The notes under the pieces are model-generated. The model searched no databases. It was not told the origin of the DNA and saw only the letters and a list, made by a program, of their open reading frames with translations. DNA of 64,000 nt, taken from NCBI GenBank assembly GCA_964035545.1, contig OZ037767.1, positions 8,256,581-8,320,580 on the forward strand, written 5' to 3'. The position numbers were made by a program, and so were the translations under genes. Position 1 is the stretch's first letter. Every line of letters begins with the position of its first letter. The stretch is from Bugula neritina (taxonomy: Eukaryota > Animalia > Bryozoa). Positions 23,901 to 37,075 of the stretch are shown here, piece after piece.

Positions 23901-25546
23901 GCGGAAGTTAACCCAAAAGGCAGCACCTTCCACTTCCACAAACCGCCCCGTGTGATAAACGCCGCTTTCTCCTGGGCGTCAGGACTCAGAGGAACTTGCC
24001 AGTAACCGCTCAACAAGTCTAGCGTACTGAAGTACTTGCTGCCGGCTAGGGCGTCCAATGACTCGTCAATACGAGGTAGAGGGTAGGCGTCTTGTATGGT
24101 TACGCTAATGAGCTTGCGGTAATTCACACTGAACCGCCAACTGCTGTCTTTATTCCAGACCAGTACGACCGGCAAGCTCCACGCACTGTGGGCGGGCTCG
24201 ATGAGGCCGCGGTCCAGAAGATCCCGTACTTGTCGGCTAACCTCCTTCTTTTTTTTCGGCCCCAGCCTGCGTGTGGGTTGCCGAATAGGGATCGTCCCTG
24301 TAGTCAGCGGTATTTCGTGTCTGACAACTCCAGTCAGTCCCACGTCATTATCTCCGCTGCTGAACACATCACCGTAGTCGCGTAGCAACTTCGCCATAGC
24401 TTGGCGCTCCTTGTTGCTCGCGCAGCCACCACAGGCTGTCTCATATAACTCCCGGATGTGTGTTGGGACTGTCCCTCGCCCCTGATTAGGGCGTCGAGGG
24501 GGTGCCTCCGTCGCATCACCCAGCGACGGGCCCACGTCCTCCTCCTGGACAGAGTGGAACCGGCCCAGCATAGACCCAGCTGGGAGCTTGATGGGCTCGA
24601 TAAAGGGGTTGACGCACCGCACTAAGATCTCTCCTCGCTCAGTCAGCTGGTTTAAACTGCTGGCAAATTGGATCCTTTCGTGCGCACCTTCCACTACCCC
24701 GAGTCCAGAGATCCGGCTATTGTTCACTCTGCAGTGAACGGTAGCCCGGGAGCGGCCTGGCACGGTACAGTTTCGTACCACCTGCACGCCTCCCACCAAG
24801 AGGCGGCCGAACTTGTCAACGCAGGCGGGTTGTCGCCCGGACATCACCATCACCGATTTACTAAAATTGATGTGACATCCGTGCCGTTTTAGGAATGGCA
24901 TCCCGAGGATGGCGTCCTCCTTGAGCTGACTGACGATAAACGCCTCTTGGATCGTTTGATCACGGACGCGTCCCGTCAGCTCAATTATACCGCAGAAGGG
25001 AAGACACGACCCGTCAGCCAGGGTGCCATACTCCTCCTCGTACGGTTCCATCTTGCCCCTGACCCTAGCGCTGAGGGTGTCAAAAAGTTGGCGACTTATG
25101 AGGTTCGTGGTACAGCCTGAATCAATTAGGAAAGTGACAGCTTTGCCTTCCAATTTGCCGGGCAAGAAATAGCTGTTTCCATGGGGCTGCACCTGAACTC
25201 TCTCTTTGTGCCTTGCTCTCGCAGGGAGTACCTCCCTCGCTTTAGGTCGCGAAGGAGGTCGCTTGGGATGGTGGTAGATATGCCTCGGAGGTGCAGAGGC
25301 TAGGTTTCTGGCTACCTTCGCTGGCTCCCATCTAGATTCTTGGGTCGGTAGCTCGTCGAATCGATTGTGGAGGGGCATAGAGAAGGCAGCGGCGGGGCGG
25401 GGCCCCTTGCTGGTCCTTCGTGGCTGTTGCCACTCTCAGTTGTCAGCACGCGGTACCCGTCTGGGTGACCTACGTTTCTTTTTCCCTGGGGGTTTCATCG
25501 TCGGCCTGCAGGAGGCGGGAACATCTGCGGGCCGCGGTAGTTTAAA
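20967..25546 (-). pseudogene. pol: Element C pol (multiple frameshifts and stops)
   Basis: LIDSG, YLDD, TDAS and IN core across five ORFs. Confidence 0.95.
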
Positions 25547-26439
25547 CCCGAAGTTAGGAAGGGACAGTACATGCGGAAGTGTCCTTGATTTCCGCATTCC
25601 CAGCAAAAACTGACCGTTTCCCCCGGTGGCGGCGCCGGTGGCCGTACTGGCTCAGAGGCGGTACCTACTGGGGTTTGGGGTGTCAGTGTTGCTATCAGTT
25701 TGGCCAGCATGTCGGTCAGTTGAGTGACTTTCAATGCAGCCGTTAACTGGGCCACGGCAGCCGTTGCGGAGGGTTCCGCCTCTCGCTCCGCTGCCGTGTT
25801 CGCGCGGTCCACCTCCACTTGATGGGAGTTCCCGCGATTTTTATGCATCTGGTTTGCCAGGAGATAAGCTTCCCCCTCCGCCAGAGCATCTTCAACGGTG
25901 GTGACTCCCCTAGCTAGAAACTGGTGGTGGAGACCCAGATCGTTGACAGATTGTATAAAGACGTCAAGGGTATACTTCTCACGGTTAGTTTGGGGCAAAT
26001 CGCTGTACGCGATCTGTGCCAGCTTCATGATCGTGGCGGCATGTTCCTGTAGCGGGGTGTAAAGATCACGCTGCAGCATCTGTAGTCGGGCCCGGGCATC
26101 TGTATCAGAGATGCCGAAGCGGGCCCGCAGAGAAGCAAAGATACTATCGATGTCTGCGCCTAGGCCATAGGGCTTGGCTTTGTCCATCAATGACATTCTG
26201 AGCTTCAGCAGGGCTACGCTAGGGGGCCACTGGGCGACGTCCATTACGTCGCTAAATTCTTGGATGAATTGCTCCACCTCTTCTTCGCCCGTGAAGGTGG
26301 GCGCTTTTAACTGGTAGCGGTCCTCAGTCAGTTCTCGCGGAACCCTTCACTCTTCTACCACATGATTCACAGGCATAGCATCGTCTCTACGCTCACCTTC
26401 TGCTGCCGGTGGTTGCATTCCAGCGTTTTCAGTCTCCAT
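25495..26439 (-). pseudogene. gag: Element C gag (CCHC knuckle CWECGNQGHFRMYC)
   Basis: ORF 25495-26277 plus a disrupted N-terminus. Confidence 0.88.
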
Positions 26440-26472
26440 CTTGGATGTGCACTATCCCACTGCTGCCACCAC

Positions 26473-26811
26473 TGTTATGATTTTCAGATTTAGGGTTGAT
26501 ATGCTATCCAGAGAGTCTATTTATTTGCTAGAGAACTTCACCAGGATAAGTCGAGTGAATACGAGTATATTTACACACAAGAATACATCACAAAAATTAT
26601 ACAAATACATTCAGCAAACTGTACATCTATATCATTCAGCACTCTATCTTTGACTAACTAGCAGCGGGAAAACTAACTACTGCTACTAACTATCAGTGTC
26701 GCTAAATGGCTGTCCATTGTTCCGGGTCAATTACGTGACCCCATGCTGTAGTAGTGGGGGAAAATAACATTTCCCCATATTACGTTGCTAGTAGCTCCAC
26801 GAGCCACCACA
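26473..26811 (-). repeat. Element C 5' LTR
   Basis: Direct repeat of 19146-19483, adjacent to the PBS. Confidence 0.93.
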
Positions 26812-26815
26812 GTAT

Positions 26816-27180
26816 TGTGGTGGCTCGTGGAGCTACCATCATAACGAAAAGGGGAAAATGTTAATTCCCTTCTAAGTACAGCACGGGGTCACTAAGTATA
26901 CTATAAAGTTGACCCGAGACAGCAATCCGCCAATAGGAATCATGAACTATAATTAGTAGCTGTGACTTCCCGCGTAATAGTCAGTTAGGAATAGTCTGGC
27001 AAACTGTAAACACTGTGCTGAGTAGTTGTTGATGTATTTTGATAGATGTAGTTTTGGATTGTGTATCATTGTATAAAATATATTATTGTAACCTGAACCT
27101 AACTTGCGGAGTTGATTTAGCTTACATGTTATGAAGTAACTTGATTGCACAATAAACCCACAATACTAAAAAAGATAACA
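26816..27180 (+). mobile_element. Solo LTR related to the C family
   Basis: Starts TGTGGTGGCTCGTGGAGCTAC like the C LTR, has TATAAA and AATAAA, ends AACA; flanks GTAT/GCAT. Confidence 0.8.
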
Positions 27181-28528
27181 GCATTGTAGGTTTGCCTATT
27201 ATAGAGCTCAAACCTAGCTCTTTACAATTATTAGAAAAAGTATAGAGGACAACAGTATAACAACATAACTATACAATAATAAAATGTCAATTCAAGTTCG
27301 ACTGTTAGTGCAAATCATCACACTAATATAGCTTTTTTTTCATTGGTCGAGGCTTCTTGTTTCGTAGAGGGGTGTTGCTTCTCGTTCCAGGCTACCACTC
27401 TCATTACGGGAGAGGCTCGAAAATTCCTCATTGCACCATCCTTGCAGTTAGTCAGTGGCTAGTGCATACGCTTCAAAAAGCATAGAGGTAGCCTATTTTT
27501 ATGAAGCTGTCGTGTACTAAGGCTTGGGACGCAGGCTAAGTTGCTGGCCATAATGTAGTAAATATTAAACAGTATGCCACTTGCTAATTATAACAGTAAA
27601 ATAGTCAGGCTAAATATGCATAGTGGTTACCAATACCAGTGCGATCTATTATCAGAATGGTGACTTTAGGGCATTGTGTTCCATTTTGCTACTTTTGGAA
27701 AAGGAGTGGCCCACATTACTATATGTTTATAGTGAACAGTTATGTGACAAATTCATTCAATTTTAACAGCTTTTGCACCTTGGCTACATGTTTTCACAAA
27801 AGATTAATAATGGAAACTATAAATACATTAATAAATTAATTACTTAAACAAATTCTATTTAATTATCAACAACAACATGGTTTAATTGCAGTTTAAATTT
27901 GTTCCTGTTTTTATTCTGCACATCTTATTGGCACTCAACATGGTTGTAATTTATGAGCTGAATTCATACAAACTTTTGTAATTTCATGAAATAATTTAAA
28001 ACAATGAAAAAAGTTACAAAGACAAAAAATTATTTAAAGCATTCAATGAATTATTTAACCTTTTCGTGTGCACCAACATTTTGTACAAAAAAGCCTAAGA
28101 TTTTTATATTTTACATTTTCTAATAAATTGATCAACATTTATAATAGGTTTTTTAATCTATTGAAAAGTAACCTTGTCTAAAAAAGACAAAGTCAACTAA
28201 TTGAAAGTAAATTCTTAATTGCTGTTTTACTTACAAGGTTCTATTTATTTTCTTTTGTATACTATTTCTATTTTCAGCTTAAAAAGCTTTAGTTCAACCT
28301 TCATAATTATTTTTATTTTACTATCTCCACAATCAGAACTAACTTACTTATGGAATTTCTAAATAAAAATGTTACAATACTCTCAGAAATTGGTTTTTGT
28401 GTCCCCGTCCACATATATGGACGACATGCAACTATTAGAGCATTTCACTGTTGAATAAAAAGTATTTTTTCAACTTTGGAGTGTGCCTTTACAACTTTTA
28501 GTTTCAATGATAAGCTATATTATGTTAT

Positions 28529-28936
28529 TGTGGTAGATTTTAGTGGTGCAAGTATTATTGTATTAATCGAAAAGGTTCACTTCATATTGTTTATTATCTT
28601 GTGAGTTCGACACTGTCGGAGTGCAGCTATGGACAGCAGTGGCACCACTAGTAACCACCAATCAAGACAGTCACACTAATTGATAGCAGGTGGAGCTAGC
28701 TACTCGTAGTTGCAGTGCGCTGAGTAGCTAGCTGGCAGAGCAGCTTGGGACTTCATTTAGAACAGTTGTGTATTAAAGCTCACTAATTATGTAATCGTTT
28801 TCTATTCATGCTAGCAGTAAATAACCTTCTTGTATTTGTGTAAATAATAAAGTATCTTATCGTAAACAACCTGTCGCAGTGGCTTTGTTTAAGTAGACCC
28901 ACACATAATAATAGTGAACTGGCAAAATTCACTACA
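28529..28936 (+). repeat. Element D 5' LTR
   Basis: Direct repeat of 35691-36098. Confidence 0.95.
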
Positions 28937-28991
28937 CTGGTGGCAGCGGTGGGATTCCACTTAATACAAATGCCCCTAGCCAGGGAGTAAA

Positions 28992-29869
28992 ATGGCCGAC
29001 GAAGTCGTTGACGCGCCCAGACAGGAGCCAGCAGCAATAGAGGAGGATCACATAGGCGGCCCAGCGCTGCCTATGGACAGGTACCACTTGCGGGCTCCCA
29101 TCTTCTCTGGAGAAGAAGATGTGGAGCAATTCATCACTGAGTTCAGTGATGTGGCGGACATCTGCGGATGGCCGAACAGGGTTACTCTGATCCAGCTGCG
29201 GTTGTGTCTGACAGGGCCGGCTAAACCCTATGGGATAAGCCAGAATGTCGGTGACATATTTGAAACAATACGAGCTAGGTTTGGATTAACCGCTCGAGAT
29301 GCTCGCGTGCAACTGCAGAGTCTTAGGAGAAATCCTAAGACCAATCTGCGAGAGCACGCTACCGTAGTCGAACGACTGGCACAAGTTGCTTACAGCGACT
29401 TGCCTGCCGATGGTCGACAGAGCCTAGCACTGGATGCATTCCTCCAGTCTATTAACAACCTCGGTCTTAAACAGCATCTGCTGGTGGCCGAAGTTGAGAC
29501 TATGGAGAGAGCTCTAAGGCTTGGGAATGCCTATTTCCAAGCCGACAGTGCAAGTCGACCTGGTGCGACAGTACAGCAAGTCGGGGCAGATGACGTGTCG
29601 ACGTGTCGACGTCGCCAACGAAGACAGCTGTACAGGTCGCAGCGGCAGCAGCAGACGAATCTAGCTTAACCACGAGCTTGATTCGAGAACTGCTCGCCGA
29701 GATCAGGCAATTGCGCCAGCAGGCGACAGCCGAGAGACCCAAGAGGTCGTCGGTAGCTGTCGACGACAGGCGCGGCCCCGTATGCTGGGGCTGTGGTAGT
29801 GGTGGGCACTTCCTACGAAGTTGCCCCCGCGGCAGTGGGAGGCGGTTAAACAGCGACGGCCCACGGTAA
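28992..29869 (+). pseudogene. gag: Element D gag (frameshift from an 8-bp duplication GTGTCGAC at ~29595)
   Basis: ORFs 28992-29669 and 29603-29869; CCHC knuckle. Confidence 0.92.
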
Positions 29870-32800
29870 CTTCCGCCTACCGTGGGCCCCAGTTTAACCC
29901 CCCAAGGCAAAGGCTACGGCCCCCACCCCATCGGGTGAGGAGGCCGCCTTCGCCAGAGTGGCAAGCCCCAAGGAGAGTGAGTCGGCCGCAAGGCCCACCA
30001 ATACCTCCGGCTTGGGCACTCAAAAACCGCTTTGAAGGTTTGCTTGATGAGGGAGTGAACGACGAATGGGAGCACAACAGGGATTTTCCTCGGTTGCCCA
30101 CACGAGCATCAGTCCGAGAATTCACTCGGCCGCCCGTGTGTGAGCGAGACCGAGACGTACCCTGCCCGCCCATGCAACGTCGACGACCCCCTCGCAACCG
30201 AAAAGCACAGGTGCATCCCCAATTCCATGCACATGAGGTGTCGCCTCAAGAGACAAACCGCTCAGTGAGCGCCCAGCCATATGGAAGCAGCTATTTCCTC
30301 CCCGGCAAAATTGCTGGTAAAGCTGCCACATTCTTGTTGGATACTGGGTGTACCACAAATCTACTGAGTCGACGTCTCTTCGACACTCTCAGTGCCAAGG
30401 ACAGGGCTAGCCTAGAACCATATGAGGGGGAACACGGCACGTTGGCGGACGGGTCGTGTATTCCTTTCTATGGGGTAATCCAGTTGACTGGTAGAGTCCG
30501 TGATCAGATGATCAGTGAGACCTTCATCGTCAGTCAACTCAAGGAGGATGCCGTCTTGGGCATGCCATTTCTGAAACGACACAGGTGCTACATAGACTTT
30601 AGCAAGTCGGCAGTAGTGATGGCGGGGTGTGAGCTGGCCTGTGTCGACCGATTTGGCAGACCCTTGGTGGGGGGAGTGCAGGTGGTACAGCGCTGTACTG
30701 TACCTGGGCGCTCCCGGGCTACAGTTCGCTGCAGAGTGAACTGTAGGGACATCTCCGAGCTCGGAGTGGTGGAAGGTGCACTGGGGGGCGTCCAGCTCGC
30801 TAACAGTCTGAATAGACTGGATGAGCGGGGGGAGTTCCTGGTCCAGTGCACAAACCCTTTCACGGAGCCGGTAGAATTACCGGCTGGGTCTCTAGTAGAG
30901 AAGTTCCACTCCGTGCAAGAGGAGGATGTAGGGCCCGCGCTGGAAACAGCGGACGGTGCCCGGGGGGTACCCACTAGAGACGGCAGGGGGCCGGTGCCTG
31001 AACACGTAGCAGAGTTGTACGAGGAAGCCTGTGATGGCTGTGAGAGCAAGCGAGAACGCCTGGAGATGGCGCGGCTACTCTCTGAGTACAAGGACGTGTT
31101 CAGTTGCGGCGACCATGACATGGGTCTGACTGAGACTGTCCGTCATGAGATACCCCTGGCGGCGGGGACGGTGCCGATTCGGCAGTCGACCCGCCGGTTA
31201 GGTCCTGAGAAGGAGAGAGAAGTGAGCCATCAGGTGCAAGACCTTCTGAACCGGGACCTGATTGAGCCAGGCCATGGGGCCTGGAGTTCTCCAGTCGTCC
31301 TGGTTCGGAAAAAGGATTGTAGCTGGAGGTTTTGCGTTGACTATCGCAGGCTGAACAGCGTGACCATCCAGGACGCTTACCCTCTCCCGAGGATCGATGA
31401 GTCGCTCGATGCCTTAGCTGGTAGCAAGTTCTTCAGCACGTTGGACTTGCTAAGCGGGTATTGGCAGGTGCCCCTGAGTCCTGAAGCACAGGACAAGGCC
31501 GCGTTCATAACGCGGGATGGGCTCTGGAAATGGAAGGTGTTGCCATTCGGACTTACGCCCGCACCAGCCACCTTCCAGCGACTCATGGAGCAGGTCCTGA
31601 GTGGACTGCACTGGAAGACCTTGCTCATATATCTCGATGATGTCATCGTAATCTCCCCCGACTTCGACACACATGTCAGTCGACTCAGGGAGGTGTTCGA
31701 CAGACTCCGAGCTGCTAACCTGAAGCTAAAGCCCTCGAAGTGTGCATTACTGCCACGCGAGGTCAAGTACCTGGGCCATGTAGTTGGTCGAGACGGGGTC
31801 GCCACCGACCCCGAGAAGGTACGGGCCGTGAGGGACTGGGCCGTTCTTGTCGACCTCTCTGAATTGCGGGCATTCCTGGGGCTGGTAGGGTACTATCGTC
31901 AGTACATACCAGACTTCGCAGGAATTGCACAGCCGTTAAATCGGCTGACCGCGAAGGGGGTGCGATGGCAGTGGACGCAGGCTGAGCAGAAGGCATTTGA
32001 CCCCCTGAAGGATCGCCTGGTGGAAGCACCCATCTTGGCGTATCCTGACCCTGCGAAGGAGTACATTTTGGATACTGATGCCAGTAACCATAATGTGGGG
32101 GCTGTGCTATCGCAGGTCCAAGATGGTCGCGAGGTGGTGGTGGCTTACTATAGCAAGGCCCTGTCGGCGCCTGAGAAGAACTACTGTACAACCAGGAGGG
32201 AACTCTTGGCAGTAGTCAAGGCGGTCAAACACTTTAGACCATATCTATATGGGCGCACATTCCGGCTTCGGACGGATCATGCGTCCCTGATATGGCTGTG
32301 TCGACGGGCAGAACCATCCAGCCAAGTGGCACGCTGGCTAGAGATCCTGGCAGAGTTTTCTTATCGGATCGAGCATCGACCCGGTAAAAAACACGGTAAT
32401 GCAGATGGACTCAGCCGCCGCCAGGCAGATGGGTGTAAGCAATGCCAGAATATCGAGCGCAGGGACGGTGGACCCCCTCGCTCGGACGTCGAAGGGCAGT
32501 TGGGGAAAGCGGGTGTGTACAGCTGGGAAGAAGGGCAACTCCTGTCCGAATCACCCAACAAAGCTGTTAACAACCTTCACCCAAACCCCACGTTGCTTCG
32601 GAACGTCAGGGAGCTATGTCGGCTCCAGTCCACGCTACCAGGAGTGGTAGCTGACCTAGTCCGGGCCAAGAAGGAGGGACGGCGGCCGAGTGAGGCCGAA
32701 CAGCGAGTGAAGAGTACTGAGTTTAAGTACTTCTGTGACCGCTGGGACTCCCTCAGGTTCAACTGCGATGGGCTGCTAACGATCACGTTGGCAGTCGGCA

Positions 32801-34395
32801 CCAATCGCAGTGAACGAGAGAGGGTAGTCTGCCCGTCAGCTCTGAGGCGGGAGTTGATCTGGGACACCCATAAGCAAGCTCACGCAGGAGCTAGCCGGGT
32901 GATCAGGTGTCTTCAACTCCAGTGGTTTTGGCCCGGTATGACCCGGGATGTCCGACTCCGGGTGCGGAAGTGCGAGGTGTGCCAAGCTAGCAAGCATGGC
33001 CGCCCCACTGAGACCGCAGGGAGGCATCGCCTCCATGCCGGTCGTCCGTGGCAGGTGGTCGCTGTCGATCTGGTAGGCCCCATGCCCACTACAGCGAGAG
33101 GTAATAACTGGATACTGGTATTAACTGACCATTTCACGCGGTGGGCTGATGCACTGGCTATTCCAGATGTGTCCGCCCCCTCGGTGGCCAGAGCTTTGGA
33201 TCAGCAGGTGTTCTGCTATTTCGGCTTGCCGGAGCAGATACACTCTGACCAAGGCGCCCAGTTTCAGTCGCAACTTATGAGCGATCTCTGTAGAGTGTGG
33301 GGGGTAAACCAGAGTTGAACGACCCCGTATCACCCGCAAGGGAACGGGGTCGTAGAGCGGAACAACCGAATGCTAGGGGACTCTCTGAGAAGCCTGCTTA
33401 TCGGTAGGAGCCAGGAAGAGTGGGACTTGGTGTTGCCGCAGATCATGCGAGCGTACCGTGGTACCCCTCACTCCAGTACACTGGAGACCCCTAATTTTCT
33501 CATGCTGGGGAGAGAAACAAGGGTTCCTGAGCACGTAACCTATCATGCTCCGAATCCCGAGAGCAATGTCCACGACTACGTGGACAAGCTCGTAAAACGC
33601 ATGGGGACGGCTCACGAGGTGCTACGTGAGCAGCAGCGGCAGGTCAGAAGTGGTGACTCTGACGACCCACCTTTATACAAGGTGGGGGACTGGGTCTGGA
33701 TGACCAGTCATCGCCGCAAGCGCGGACAGGCAGCCAAGTTGCAGCCAAAGTTCGTAGGTCCCTACTGCGTAATTGAGGTAATGCCAAACCATACATACAA
33801 AGTGGAACGGTCTGGACAAGTGTCGGTCCAGAACGAGGCACGGCTCAAACCTCACTGGGCAAGTCCTGATGCGGCAGGTCAAGCACCTCCTCTCTTAGAG
33901 CCAGCTAGGCGCCCCCCTATGAGGGGGCGACCCATGGCATATCGAGAGATTGAGGAGATACTGCCAGACCAGGACGGGGCGGCTGATGCGTCGGCCGACC
34001 AGCCCCAACCTCCTCCACCCCAGGAAGAGGAGGTCGACACACCTGAAGACCTGTCAGAGCCGGCCCCACCACCTGTAGAGCCGGTCGACAGGCCCATCGT
34101 CCCGGATGAGATGGCAATTCCTCAAAATCATGAGGAAGAGGCAGCTGGGGGAGGACCACCCGTACTGGTGGACCCCCCCGTACTGGCGACACCACCCGTG
34201 GTGGAAGAGTCACCAGTCGTAGCAAATTCCCCAGTGCAGTTGGAGCGTAGGCAACGCACTAGGGCGCCTCCATCTTATTTAAAAGATTTCTTGTGTGATG
34301 CAGTGGAAAAACATCCATCAGCTAACATAAAAGAAATCTGGGGGGACGAGCAATTGAGAGTTGCATTTCCAAGATATAAGGAGACGCAATTGTGA
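29821..34395 (+). pseudogene. pol: Element D pol (single premature stop at 33316)
   Basis: 1165-aa and 341-aa ORFs in the same frame; all PR, RT, RH and IN motifs present. Confidence 0.96.
29845..29888 (+). promoter_or_regulatory. Putative -1 ribosomal frameshift signal (G_TTA_AAC, 6-nt spacer, 11-bp hairpin)
   Basis: GGCCCACGGTA/TACCGTGGGCC perfect stem; pol is in the -1 frame; equivalent signals in A and C. Confidence 0.8.
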
Positions 34396-35690
34396 GTTGC
34401 CTACCCCAGTGGTGTGACACAAAACACCACCGGGGGTAAGAAATGAGCGAAGTCAGCTCGCTAGTGAAAGGGGTATTATACAATCACTTTCACTGCGGAA
34501 AGCGTTCTTTTCTGATTCAACTGCCAACGTGCACGCATGTACTTGGCAGGCTGGCGCACTACGTAGTCTAAGTGGGCAGCAGACTAAAGTCAGGGCTGTC
34601 TTATGGTAAGTCTACTAGTATAATTCTATTATTTAAGTAGAATTCAAGCTGGTAGCCTAAATCAGTCTCGCTTTATCATAACGATAAAGTTGATTTCCCA
34701 AGTCAGGTGATTCACTGACGACTTGAGTGGGGCGGTCAACCACATGATTAATTATTAATCAGTGGTTAGTGATTGCGAGACTCAGTCGAGGTGTCGTACT
34801 GACAGGTGCAAACCCCTTCAACAGTTGTTGGCATTCTGTTGCAGGTGAGACTGGAATGGCGGGGCCAAATTCCTTCTCATGGCATAGCGCAGTCACATCA
34901 TTCATCTCAACTTTTGGCTAGATGCTGGCTGCTTGACTGGACTCTTGTAGCGACATGACAGCAGTGCTGATGGCTGTCATAACAGAAGTGCCAGAGACAA
35001 CTGGCACGTAGCTCCTTCCTCCCCTCCTCTGGCGATCACGTTCCGGTATAGGCAGAGTAGTTCTTCCCTCTTCTCTCCTGTGGCTACATCCTAATAAGAA
35101 GAAGAAGTAATATTAAAGAGTTCTGCATGAAGTTAAAAAGTAAAAATAGAAGTTAAGAAGAAGAAGTAATATTAAAGATTCCTGCATGAAGTTAAAAATA
35201 GAAGTTAAGAAGAAGAAGTCTTCACTTTCCTCCTTTTGGGAATTCGACGGCGACAAGGTAGACGTTGGTAGTGAAGAGACCAGTCAACCCCCCTCCATCT
35301 CCCCCCCTTTGGGGAGATTTCTTCGTACTCTCCAACCCCCCTTTCCTTCTCTCCCCCCTTTGGGAGAGACTCCTTTGCCACGCTTGATTCTTCTGGGGAC
35401 TTCTCGACCCCCATCGCTTGGCTTCGACTAGACGAGTGTGAAGCAGTACATCCCCTTCTCACTAAGTTCATGCTACCCTATATCATTTGGTGAGAGACCC
35501 CCCCACCTACCCTGTGACTGACCCGGATCGATCGTGTACAACATGGACATCGTTTTGAATACATATTTTGTGTTTCTCTCATTCCTGGTTGTTTTGATCT
35601 TTTTGTTTTATTTTACCTTTATTCCTTTTATTATTTTTTTGAAATTATGTGCATCAATCGTAGAGTGTACTTTTCGATAGGTGTGGCGAG

Positions 35691-36098
35691 TGTGGTAGAT
35701 TTTAGTGGTGCAAGTATTATTGTATTAATCGAAAAGGTTCACTTCATATTGTTTATTATCTTGTGAGTTCGACACTGTCGGAGTGTAGCTATGGACAGCA
35801 GTGGCACCACTAGTAACCACCAATCAAGACAGTCACACTAATTGATAGCAGGTGGAGCTAGCTACTCGTAGTTGCAGTGCGCTGAGTAGCTAGCCGGCAG
35901 AGCAGCTTGGGACTTCATTTAGAACAGTTGTGTATTAAAGCTCACTAATTATGTAATCGTTTTCTATTCATGCTAGCAGTAAATAACCTTCTTGTATTTG
36001 TGTAAATAATAAAGTATCTTATCGTAAACAACCTGTCGCAGTGGCTTTGTTTAAGTAGACTCACACATAATAATAGTGAACTGGCAAAATTCACTACA
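35691..36098 (+). repeat. Element D 3' LTR
   Basis: Direct repeat of 28529-28936. Confidence 0.95.
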
Positions 36099-36689
36099 TT
36101 ATGACGTATTTATAAAAAGTAGAAATGTCTATACACTCTCAAAATGACTAAATTTATTAATATAAAATAATTTGCTTGGCTTGTAAAGCGAATTTGCAAC
36201 TAGTTTTCTCAAAATCACAAACAAATTTTGAAAAGAGCTATAGAGCTTTAGTTATCAACATACAAGAGCACCTAACTAACCTTAAATAAATGTATGAGTT
36301 AAAGCCGAAAATTTAAGATTATTAGTTGAACGGTCACGAACCTCACTAGTTCAAATAAAATGTAAAGTGAGAAAATTGCATAAAAAAGCGCCATTGGTAG
36401 AACATCACTAACTTTACAGTCTTTTCAAACTATTCTAAAAAGAACTATAACAATAATCAAACTCAGAGAAGAAAAATCAAATATAAAAACTGAATGGTAC
36501 CAATATTTTCTTGTGAAATAACTTATCATTTGACATTACACATAATTCTTGTCTAAGCAACTTGGTGCAAATGATATACTGCTATCTCAACTCAGCTAGT
36601 GTACAAATTTTTTACAAGCTAAATAGAGGAAAAATAAACTATTTAAATTCTAATTCTTATAGCAAGATAATAAATTTTATCCACATATG

Positions 36690-37063
36690 TGTTGTAGTTT
36701 TTACTCTTGTGGGTTTCAGTGTATAATCAAGCTAGTGCATTGCATGTAATCCAATCAATCTCAGAATTGTAGTTTCAGATAATAAGAAATATATTTACAC
36801 AAATACATTAAGTACACAAATAAAACTCTACATCTACTCAGATATTCTACAGCAATTCAAAATAGTGTTTTTAGTTTGCCTGTTTACTAACAACTGTTTT
36901 ACTACGCGGGAAGTCACAGTCCTAATAATAATCGACGATTCCTATTGGAGGGTTTGTTGTCTTGGGTCATCTTCCTAAACACGCAATGACCCTATATTAC
37001 AGTTAGAAGGGAATTAGTGCTTTCCCCTTTTCAATTATGATAGTAGTCCATCGAGCCACCACA
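36690..37063 (-). mobile_element. Solo LTR related to 26816-27180
   Basis: TG..CA, TSD TATG, homologous to the other C-like solo LTR. Confidence 0.85.
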
Positions 37064-37075
37064 TATGTGTACAAT

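Larger units (their letters stand above)
28529..36098 (+). mobile_element. Ty3/Gypsy LTR retrotransposon D (same family as A, nearly intact gag-pol)
   Basis: 408-bp near-identical LTRs, TSD TTAT, PBS 28938-28955, PPT before 35691. Confidence 0.97.

Noticed and set aside
28230-28370. Additional host exon(s) near GTAAGT motifs
   Set aside because: No convincing open frame of compatible phase.
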